A stretch of DNA of 64,000 nt from Nitrospirota bacterium (GTDB lineage: Bacteria; Nitrospirota; Thermodesulfovibrionia; Thermodesulfovibrionales; Dissulfurispiraceae): assembly GCA_021792185.1 (NCBI GenBank), contig JAJYVD010000002.1, positions 14,759-78,758 on the forward strand, written 5' to 3'. Numbering within the stretch: the stretch's first letter is position 1; each line of letters opens with the position of its first letter. Below are positions 57,151 to 64,000 of the stretch, one piece after another. Both the position numbers and the translations under genes were made by a program. A model generated the notes under the pieces. That model was not told where the DNA came from, searched no databases, and saw nothing but the letters and a program-made list of their open reading frames with translations.

Positions 57151-58044
57151 ATGAGACGGTTAGGGATTCTCAGGGAGAAGGACATAATGAAAAGCCATCC
57201 CTGTTTTTCGGAAGAGGCTCATCATAAATTCGGGAGGCTGCATCTTCCGGTCGCTCCCGCGTGCAATATCCAGTGCAGATACTGCATAAGGAAATACGAC
57301 TGCGCCAACGAGTCGAGGCCTGGAATCACAAGCAGGGTCTTATCGCCTGCCGGGGCGCTGGAGAGGGTAAGGGCGCTTGTAGGAAGGAGCGGGAACCTCA
57401 GCGTGGTCGGGATAGCAGGACCGGGCGACCCGCTGGCAAACGACGCGACTTTCGAGACAATGAGGGCGATCAACAGGGAATTCCCGGAATTGATACTCTG
57501 CGTTTCCACGAACGGCCTTTATCTTTCGGACAGGCTTGAAGACCTCGTGAAATGCGGCGTCAGGAGCCTTACCATAACCATCAACTCCGTTATGCCGGAG
57601 ACGGCCGAGAAAATATATTCGTGGGTGAACTATAGAGGCAAGCGTTACACCGGCAGGGATGCGGCTGAATGCCTTTTATGCAACCAGTGGAGAGGTTTGA
57701 GGAACGCTATAGACGCGGGGCTTATCGTGAAAGTGAACAGCGTTCTGATCCCCGGAGTCAACGACGCGGAAATCCCGTTAATCGCATGGCTTGCGGGCGG
57801 GAAGGGCGCGGATATCATGAACATAATACCTCTCATCCCGCAGGCCGAATTCGAACATCTGAGCAGGCCGTCGCGCGAAACGCTAAACAGGATGAGGGAC
57901 AGGTGTGTTCATTACATTCCGCAGATGACGCACTGCAGGCAGTGCAGGGCGGATGCGTGCGGTATCCTCGGAGAGGACAAGGACATGGAGCTTGAGGTTT
58001 TGAATGCTCGGATCGGAGAGGAGTACTGTGAGATGGTTAACTGA
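57151..58044 (+). CDS. nifB: FeMo-cofactor biosynthesis radical SAM protein NifB (stand-alone SAM domain)
   Basis: HPCFSEEAHHKFGRLHLPVAPACNIQCRYC and a C-terminal CRQCRADACG. At ~297 aa it has no NifX-like C-terminal extension. The start is placed downstream of the sigma-54 promoter. Confidence 0.85.
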   Translation: MRRLGILREKDIMKSHPCFSEEAHHKFGRLHLPVAPACNIQCRYCIRKYDCANESRPGITSRVLSPAGALERVRALVGRSGNLSVVGIAGPGDPLANDATFETMRAINREFPELILCVSTNGLYLSDRLEDLVKCGVRSLTITINSVMPETAEKIYSWVNYRGKRYTGRDAAECLLCNQWRGLRNAIDAGLIVKVNSVLIPGVNDAEIPLIAWLAGGKGADIMNIIPLIPQAEFEHLSRPSRETLNRMRDRCVHYIPQMTHCRQCRADACGILGEDKDMELEVLNARIGEEYCEMVN

Positions 58045-58786
58045 CGGAGAACGTGAGCGCTACCGGAGGCAGCTTATGCTCGAAGGGTTCGCGGAATATC
58101 ACCAGAGAAAGCTGAAGGATTCCACCGCGTTTATCGCAGGCATCGGCGGCCTCGGCGGAACAGCCGCTGCTTATCTTGCTGTGGCAGGTATCGGGAAAAT
58201 GATAATAGCCCACTCCGGCAATCTGACCCTTTCGAATATGAACAGGCAGATATTGATGAAAAATGACTGGATAGGCAAGAGCAGAGTAGAGCAGGCGAAG
58301 AAAACCATAGAGGAAATAAATCCGGATGTTGAGGTTGATATATATGATGAGCGGACATCCCACTCTAACGTCGATAAGTTGCTTGAAGGAGCGCAGATAG
58401 CACTGTCGGCCCGGCCTAATTTTAATGAAAGGCGCGTTTTAAACAACGCATGCATTCGGATGAATATACCGATGGTCGAGGCCGCGATGAACGGGATGGA
58501 GGGATATATATTCAATATCATCCCCGAAGTTACGCCGTGCCTGAACTGCCTGTATCCCGACGACAATCCCGAATGGGAGGAACTCGGCTTCCCGGTGCTC
58601 GGCGCCGTATCGGGCATGCTCGGCTGCCTCATGGCCATCGAGGCAATCAAGCTGCTCACAGGCTACGGGAAGCCGTTGTTTTCAAAGATGCTCGTCTTTA
58701 ATACCGACGGCATGGATTTTAAAAAACTGAACATAAGAAGGGACGATAATTGCGCGGTATGCGGGCAGGCGGGCATAAACAGCTAA
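58004..58786 (+). CDS. hesA: HesA/MoeB/ThiF family adenylyltransferase
   Basis: RYRRQLML, GIGGLGG nucleotide loop and CxxC pairs (CLNC, CAVC). A GTG at 58028 is an alternative start. Confidence 0.75.
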   Translation: MLGSERSTVRWLTDGERERYRRQLMLEGFAEYHQRKLKDSTAFIAGIGGLGGTAAAYLAVAGIGKMIIAHSGNLTLSNMNRQILMKNDWIGKSRVEQAKKTIEEINPDVEVDIYDERTSHSNVDKLLEGAQIALSARPNFNERRVLNNACIRMNIPMVEAAMNGMEGYIFNIIPEVTPCLNCLYPDDNPEWEELGFPVLGAVSGMLGCLMAIEAIKLLTGYGKPLFSKMLVFNTDGMDFKKLNIRRDDNCAVCGQAGINS

Positions 58787-58813
58787 ATCACAATGTTCAC
58801 AAATACCAGGATC

Positions 58814-58947
58814 AAGACGTAAGACAAAGTATTGGAGCGACTTCGGCAGCCCAGGCGTTACATGGACGTTTAAGCGGGCTGGCGCAGCTTCGGAGAAAGG
58901 CCGGATGCCTTTCGAGAATGAAGCGGAAATGCTGTGTCTTACGTCTT
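58814..58947 (+). repeat. R1 nested-hairpin repeat, copy 7 (variant A) with 13-bp outer stem
   Basis: aagacgtaagaca-aaGTATTGGAGCGACTTCGGCAGCCC...GAGAATGAAGCGGAAATGC-tg-tgtcttacgtctt. Confidence 0.9.
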
Positions 58948-58949
58948 AG

Positions 58950-58984
58950 CGAAACTTAGAACTGCTAAAACCGCTCCAATACTT
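58950..58984 (-). repeat. partial R1 repeat (variant-B arm only)
   Basis: gcgaaacttagaactgctaaaaccgctccaatact matches the distal arm of copies 1 and 6. Confidence 0.6.
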
Positions 58985-59108
58985 TATCTTCCCTTACTGA
59001 TATGGTGAATATGATTTGAGGCGTTTAAATCATACAAAATTGTAATTGATTACAAGAATGTAGTTATCCCTCCCTAATGGGTTCCCTATAAATCAAGGAG
59101 ATACATGC

Positions 59109-59124
59109 TGGCACAGTTCTGGCT
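59109..59124 (+). promoter_or_regulatory. sigma-54 promoter upstream of nrfH
   Basis: TGGCAC-agttc-TGGCT, with GG and GC at correct spacing. Palindromes lie 55-90 bp upstream. Confidence 0.7.
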
Positions 59125-59189
59125 AAACCTTTTATCGGAAAGCAATAAAAGATAAAGTTCATCCAGTTTCTGTTTAAGGAGGTAAGATT

Positions 59190-59648
59190 GTGAAGGTAAT
59201 AAGAAAAAAACCTTTGAGAATGTCTTATAGAGTCTTGCTGGCTCTCGTTATTGCAGGTGTCATACTCATCCCGCTTATTCCCCTTGCAGTAAAAGGTGCA
59301 TGGACTTACACAAATAAACCTGAGTTCTGCATATCCTGCCATGCGATGAAAGGGGAGTACAGAAACTGGACACACTCATCGCACAGAAACTGGGCAGGCT
59401 GTACCGACTGTCATGCGCCGCAGGAGAGTGTTGTTACAAAATTAGCAGGCAAAACGAGAGATGGCATTTATCACGGCTATGCATATTTGCTCAACAAAGA
59501 TCCTGTTCTTATCAGAATATCAAAGCACGGTGGGGATACTGTTATGAGCAATTGTGTGAGATGTCACGAACAGATTGTGGCAAGCATCCTTCACAACAGT
59601 GAAAGGAAATGCTGGGAATGCCACAGAGGGATTGCACATGGGTATTAA
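59190..59648 (+). CDS. nrfH: cytochrome c nitrite reductase small subunit NrfH (NapC/NirT family)
   Basis: N-terminal TM and four CxxCH motifs (CISCH, CTDCH, CVRCH, CWECH). GTG start after AAGGAGG. Confidence 0.85.
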   Translation: MKVIRKKPLRMSYRVLLALVIAGVILIPLIPLAVKGAWTYTNKPEFCISCHAMKGEYRNWTHSSHRNWAGCTDCHAPQESVVTKLAGKTRDGIYHGYAYLLNKDPVLIRISKHGGDTVMSNCVRCHEQIVASILHNSERKCWECHRGIAHGY

Positions 59649-59701
59649 AAAAAAGCTGACAGCTATCAGCTAAAGGTTCAAGAATAAAAAGGAGGATTAC
59701 A

Positions 59702-61126
59702 ATGAAGAAGAAAAGTTATCTAATGGCCTTTAGTTTACTGCTTCTAAGTATTTTTGCATTTGGTTGTGAACAAAAGGCAAAGACCGTTGCAGTACCAATA
59801 ACCATACCAGAGGGGGAAAAGGACCCTGCTGTATGGGGCAGGGCATATCCAGCCCATTATGACAGCTATTTAAAGAACAAAGAAAGGAGGAAGGGATACA
59901 GCAAATACAGAAACGATGACGAGGATAGATTGAGCCCCTGGCCATTCCAGTTTGTGCTTTTTGATGGATGGGGAATGGGCATAGAATACAATGAGCCGAA
60001 TGGCCATACAGATATGCTTAAAGACCAGTTGAAGATTGATGCAACTCGCAGAAAGGCTGGTGGTGTATGCCTGACATGCAAGACTCCCTATGCGCCTGAA
60101 CTGAAGGAAAAATTAAAGGTTAATTATTTCAGCAAGCCCTATGACGAGGTCTGGAAGGAGATTCCTGAAAAACACAGGGAAATGGGTGTTGTCTGCGCTG
60201 ACTGCCATGACCCGAAGACTATGGATTTACGCATAAATCGCTGGACACTGATAGAGGCATTGAAGGCCATAGGCAAAGACCCTGATAAATTAACAAGACA
60301 GGAACTGCGAAGCCTCGTCTGCGCACAGTGCCATGTAACTTACTCCATACCAAAGGACAGAGATAACAAGTCTGCGGGCCTTTTATTTCCGTGGAGGAAT
60401 GGTAAATGGGGGAATATCACCATTGAGGCAGTGATAAAGCAGATTAAGGACGAAAATCTGAGGGAATGGAAGCACAAGGTCACGGACCAGAAGATGGGAC
60501 ATATCAGACATCCTGAGTTTGAACTTTTCTCATCCCCTGGCAGCGTGCACTGGGCAGCAGGCGTTGCCTGTGCCGACTGCCATATGCCTTACGAAAGGGT
60601 TGGCAAAGAAAAGATCTCTTCCCACAGGTGGGAAAGTCCTCTCAAAAAGAATATGAAGGCATGCATGCAGTGCCACAACCAGAGCCCTGAGTGGTTGAAA
60701 GAACAGGTATTGAATATTCAGGACAGGGTGAATCATATGTTCACAAAGGCAGGATATTCGGTTGCCCGTGCAGCATTGATGATTGAGGCAGCAGAGAAAA
60801 ATCCCCGTTCGGATAAGGCAGTGATTAAAAAGGCTAAGGAGATATATGAAGAGGCGTATTACCGCAATACATGGATAGGGGCTGAAAACAGCATGGGCTT
60901 TCACAACCCTCCGGAGGCGCTGCGAGTGCTGGGAGATGCCCTTGACCAGGGGCGTCAGGCTGAGATGTTGGCAAGGGAGGCAATACTGAAGGCAGGTGCT
61001 GCGCCGCCAGAATTAGATATGGCAAAGATTGATGCAATTGTTGCAGAGAGGTATAAGACAAAGGACGGAAAGACAGGATTTAAGCCTGCTGTAAAGAGAA
61101 AGGCTGCGCTATTAACACAAAAATAG
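59702..61126 (+). CDS. nrfA: pentaheme cytochrome c nitrite reductase NrfA
   Basis: The CxxCK active-site heme motif (CLTCK) plus four CxxCH (CADCH, CAQCH, CADCH, CMQCH), with a signal/lipobox-like N-terminus. Confidence 0.9.
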   Translation: MKKKSYLMAFSLLLLSIFAFGCEQKAKTVAVPITIPEGEKDPAVWGRAYPAHYDSYLKNKERRKGYSKYRNDDEDRLSPWPFQFVLFDGWGMGIEYNEPNGHTDMLKDQLKIDATRRKAGGVCLTCKTPYAPELKEKLKVNYFSKPYDEVWKEIPEKHREMGVVCADCHDPKTMDLRINRWTLIEALKAIGKDPDKLTRQELRSLVCAQCHVTYSIPKDRDNKSAGLLFPWRNGKWGNITIEAVIKQIKDENLREWKHKVTDQKMGHIRHPEFELFSSPGSVHWAAGVACADCHMPYERVGKEKISSHRWESPLKKNMKACMQCHNQSPEWLKEQVLNIQDRVNHMFTKAGYSVARAALMIEAAEKNPRSDKAVIKKAKEIYEEAYYRNTWIGAENSMGFHNPPEALRVLGDALDQGRQAEMLAREAILKAGAAPPELDMAKIDAIVAERYKTKDGKTGFKPAVKRKAALLTQK

Positions 61127-61156
61127 ATGTCATAAAGGATTGCCGGAGGTAACAAA

Positions 61157-62467
61157 ATGAAACGATTAGGAATAATGATTTTATTATGTCTTTTAGCCTT
61201 GAATGGAGTCTCTTTTGCCGAGGTCCAAACAGCGCCGGCTCCGCAAAAGATAGATACAGGTGATACTGCATGGATGCTTATCTCAACAGCCCTTGTCATG
61301 CTTATGACCCCGGGGCTTGCCTTCTTTTATGGCGGTATGGTCAGGAGGAAAAATGTCCTCGGCACAATCATGCAGAGCTTTGCCATCCTTTGCATTGTAA
61401 GTGTTATATGGATTCTCTGGGGATATACCCTCGCCTTTGGTTCTGACAAATGGGGCATTATCGGCGGTCTTGACTGGCTTGGTCTTAAGGGTGTTGGTCA
61501 GGAGTCGGCGCCTCTTGCGCCCACAATCCCGCATCTCATCTTCATGATGTTTCAGGGGATGTTTGCCATCATCACACCTGCTCTTATTACCGGGGCATTT
61601 GCCGAGAGAATGAAGTTTTCTGCATTAATCCTATTCTCTGTCCTGTGGCTGACATTTGTCTATTCACCGCTGGCACACTGGGTATGGGGAGGCGGATGGA
61701 TAGGAGGCACACTGGGCGCCCTTGATTTTGCAGGAGGCACGGTTGTTCACATCAATTCAGCAATTGCCGCCATTACAGCAGTTGTTGTTATAGGCAAGCG
61801 TCATTTTTACGGTGTTGAGGCGATGCCGCCGCATAACCTACCAATGACCATCCTCGGAGCAGCACTCCTGTGGTTCGGGTGGTTCGGATTTAATGCAGGC
61901 AGCGCCCTTGCATCAGGAGGGCTTGCCTCTGTTGCGTTTGTCACCACAAATACCGCTACAGGCGCTGCTGCAATGAGCTGGCTCGCTGTTGAATGGATTC
62001 AGAGGGGCAGACCAACCGCCCTCGGCGCAGTCAGTGGAGCAGTGGCAGGGCTTGTTGCCATAACGCCGGCAGCAGGGTTTGTCAGTCCTTTATCATCAAT
62101 ACTCATCGGAATAGGCGCGGGAACATTCTGTTATATGGCGGTAAATCTGAAGCAGAGGCTCGGCTATGATGATTCCCTCGATGTCCTCGGTATTCACGGA
62201 GTTGGAGGCACATGGGGTGCGCTGGCCACCGGGCTTTTTGCATCGACAGCAATAAACCCGGCAGGCAAGGATGGTTTATTCTTCGGAAACCCACCTCTTC
62301 TCGGCATTCAGGCAATTGCTGTAGCGGCAACCTATGTATTTGTCTTTGCGGCTACTCTGATTATTCTTAAAATCGTTGACAGAACAATAGGTCTCAGGAT
62401 TGATGAGGAGCAAGAGTTTGTCGGACTTGACCAGTCACAGCATGGAGAGAGCGGGTATATCTTTTAA
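61157..62467 (+). CDS. amtB: ammonium transporter AmtB
   Basis: Signal peptide, DTGDTAWML, FAGGTVVHINSA and LDVLGIHGVGG motifs, with 11 TM segments. Confidence 0.9.
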   Translation: MKRLGIMILLCLLALNGVSFAEVQTAPAPQKIDTGDTAWMLISTALVMLMTPGLAFFYGGMVRRKNVLGTIMQSFAILCIVSVIWILWGYTLAFGSDKWGIIGGLDWLGLKGVGQESAPLAPTIPHLIFMMFQGMFAIITPALITGAFAERMKFSALILFSVLWLTFVYSPLAHWVWGGGWIGGTLGALDFAGGTVVHINSAIAAITAVVVIGKRHFYGVEAMPPHNLPMTILGAALLWFGWFGFNAGSALASGGLASVAFVTTNTATGAAAMSWLAVEWIQRGRPTALGAVSGAVAGLVAITPAAGFVSPLSSILIGIGAGTFCYMAVNLKQRLGYDDSLDVLGIHGVGGTWGALATGLFASTAINPAGKDGLFFGNPPLLGIQAIAVAATYVFVFAATLIILKIVDRTIGLRIDEEQEFVGLDQSQHGESGYIF

Positions 62468-62560
62468 TTCCTACAATTTTGAACCTACAAAATTGTAGAA
62501 ACATACAAAAATGTAAGGGTTCTTAAATGAGATTTCTTTATAAATCAATGACATAAGCAT

Positions 62561-62576
62561 TGGCACGATTCTGGCT
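62561..62576 (+). promoter_or_regulatory. sigma-54 promoter
   Basis: TGGCAC-gattc-TGGCT, the same variant -12 box and similar upstream context (tataaatcaa) as the nrfH promoter. Confidence 0.7.
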
Positions 62577-62592
62577 TTTTAGAGGTGAAAAA

Positions 62593-62805
62593 ATGAACAG
62601 TTCACTGAAGGATAGGGTAAAGGAGATTGAGAGGGAGGAGATAATCAATGCCCTCAAGGAATGTGATTGGGTTATGGCGAGGGCAGCGAGAAAGCTCGGC
62701 ATAACCGAAAGGATGATCGGCTATAAGATCAAAAAATACGGGATAAGAAAGGAGGGGGAGAGAGGCACGGGTTTTACGGGGAGAGAGATAGAGTCAGCGA
62801 GATAA
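62593..62805 (+). CDS. stand-alone Fis-type HTH protein (bEBP DNA-binding-domain-like)
   Basis: 70 aa. [39 protein letters not shown] parallels the C-terminus of the NifA-like protein ([39 protein letters not shown]). Confidence 0.6.
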   Translation: MNSSLKDRVKEIEREEIINALKECDWVMARAARKLGITERMIGYKIKKYGIRKEGERGTGFTGREIESAR

Positions 62806-62862
62806 GACGTAACAAAAATGCAGCGGGGTATCCCGCTGAATAAAAAAGATTGGAGGTATGTG

Positions 62863-63765
62863 ATGAGAAGTTTGAAAGTCTTGATTTTACTGGCGGTTAT
62901 AATGTTTTCAGCCGGCAGCCTCTATGCAGAGGAAAAGAAGGTGGATGGCAAGGCAGTCCATGAAGTGCCTACGGAAAAGGGAGCGACTCTTGCTCACACA
63001 GCGCAGCCTGAAGCTTCTCCTGTTTCAGGCAGCGCATCGGTCGCTGTTTTAAACAAGTATATATTCAGGGGATATGAGTTAAGCTCGCACAGCTTTGTGG
63101 TGCAGCCGTCGATAAGCATTTCATACAAAGGCTTTTCAGCGTCCCTCTGGAGCAATATCGACAGCAATGTAAACGGCACCCAGAGCCTTACCAACGCCAA
63201 TTATCTTGCAAATAACCAGGGAAAGAAAGACATTAACGAAACGGATTTGACATTGAGCTATACCTATGTTATAGACAAATTAAGCCTGACAGGCGGTTAT
63301 ATTTATTACGGTACCGATTATACTCCTGAGACAGACGAGATTTTCGTAACTATAGCGTATGATACCCTGTTGAAGCCTACTTTATCGGTGTATCGAGACA
63401 TAAACGAGTACGGAGGCACTTATTTCAATCTTTCGATAGCTCACTCGGTGCCTGTGTATAAAGAAATAACTCTTGATCTCGGCGCGTCGGCAGGTTATTT
63501 TGCGGGCAGCGATAACTACTGGAAGACTTACGAATCTGCGACAGGCGCGTATACGGGCAAGAAATACAGCGGGTTTCACGACGGTATGGTAAAGGCAGGC
63601 TTCACGATACCTATAGCGAAAAATGTATCGCTACAGCCGATGGTTCAGTATTGGTTCCCGCTTTCGAATAAGGCTAAAAAAAGCGTGGCCGGAAACTCGT
63701 ATAATCCTAATGGGAAGCTCGACGATACCCTTGTTACGGGTATTAATCTTACTCTGAGCTTTTAA
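62863..63765 (+). CDS. putative outer-membrane beta-barrel porin
   Basis: Signal peptide MRSLKVLILLAVIMFSAGSLYA, alternating beta-strand pattern, and a terminal aromatic residue (LTLSF). Confidence 0.5.
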   Translation: MRSLKVLILLAVIMFSAGSLYAEEKKVDGKAVHEVPTEKGATLAHTAQPEASPVSGSASVAVLNKYIFRGYELSSHSFVVQPSISISYKGFSASLWSNIDSNVNGTQSLTNANYLANNQGKKDINETDLTLSYTYVIDKLSLTGGYIYYGTDYTPETDEIFVTIAYDTLLKPTLSVYRDINEYGGTYFNLSIAHSVPVYKEITLDLGASAGYFAGSDNYWKTYESATGAYTGKKYSGFHDGMVKAGFTIPIAKNVSLQPMVQYWFPLSNKAKKSVAGNSYNPNGKLDDTLVTGINLTLSF

Positions 63766-63782
63766 TTTAATAGGAGGAAAAT

Positions 63783-64000
63783 ATGAAAAGATTTATAAGC
63801 ATATTATTAGTAACGGTTTTGTTGGGTTTTGCGGGTCTTGTGTTTGCGGAGCAGGCACAGACCCCACTTCCCACTCCCCCCGCGGCTGAGCAGTCCCCCG
63901 CTGCTCAGCCCGCACCCCCTGTTGCTGCGGCTCCTGCCGTATCATCAGTAGTTCCGGCGCCTTTGAAAATAGACACGGGCGACACCGCATGGATGATAGT
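63783..64000 (+). CDS. amt: second ammonium transporter, 5' partial (runs off window)
   Basis: SD AGGAGG, signal peptide and a Pro/Ala-rich linker, then LKIDTGDTAWMIV matching the AmtB N-terminal motif. Confidence 0.75.
   Translation, partial: MKRFISILLVTVLLGFAGLVFAEQAQTPLPTPPAAEQSPAAQPAPPVAAAPAVSSVVPAPLKIDTGDTAWMI

Overview
The window reads as a chromosomal segment from an anaerobic, diazotrophic, sigma-54-rich bacterium. Phylum cannot be assigned from this sequence alone; the gene content fits Nitrospirota or Desulfobacterota-type anaerobes.

Layout by region:
- 1-10.2 kb, housekeeping: pnp, three M16 peptidases, recN, aroD, tRNA-Ala.
- 10.2-16 kb, ion homeostasis: a c-di-AMP (ydaO-type) riboswitch in front of a KimA-like K+ importer, a P-type ATPase and a Usp protein.
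- 16-18.4 kb: a NifA-like GAF/sigma-54 activator and parA.
- 19.4-24.8 kb: an HxlR-associated redox/detox cluster with internal duplications.
- 25.4-30.5 kb: a TetR-linked DevCAB/NodT-type ABC exporter, followed by icd.
- 32.6-34 kb: mercury methylation genes hgcAB.
- 34.8-47 kb: a TA/defence-style island with an AIPR-like protein, yajD remnants, vapBC, a radical-SAM DNA repair protein, a helicase-AbiE-helicase module, relE/parE and EndoQ.
- 47.5-58.8 kb: a nif regulon, nifHDK, fused nifEN, nifX, nifI1I2, fdxIII, nifB, hesA.
- 59.1-64 kb: sigma-54-driven nrfHA-amtB and a porin plus second amt.

Most notable observations:
1. The hgcA frame continues upstream through an in-frame UGA, giving a candidate Cys-Sec HgcA.
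2. A two-UGA glutaredoxin-fold selenoprotein is missing from the ORF track.
3. A ~120-nt nested-hairpin repeat family shows compensatory stem changes. At least seven full copies plus one partial are present, several inside the nif cluster.
4. Palindrome-bounded 72/75-bp elements and heptamer/octamer arrays sit in frame inside nifEN, recN and an M16 peptidase gene.
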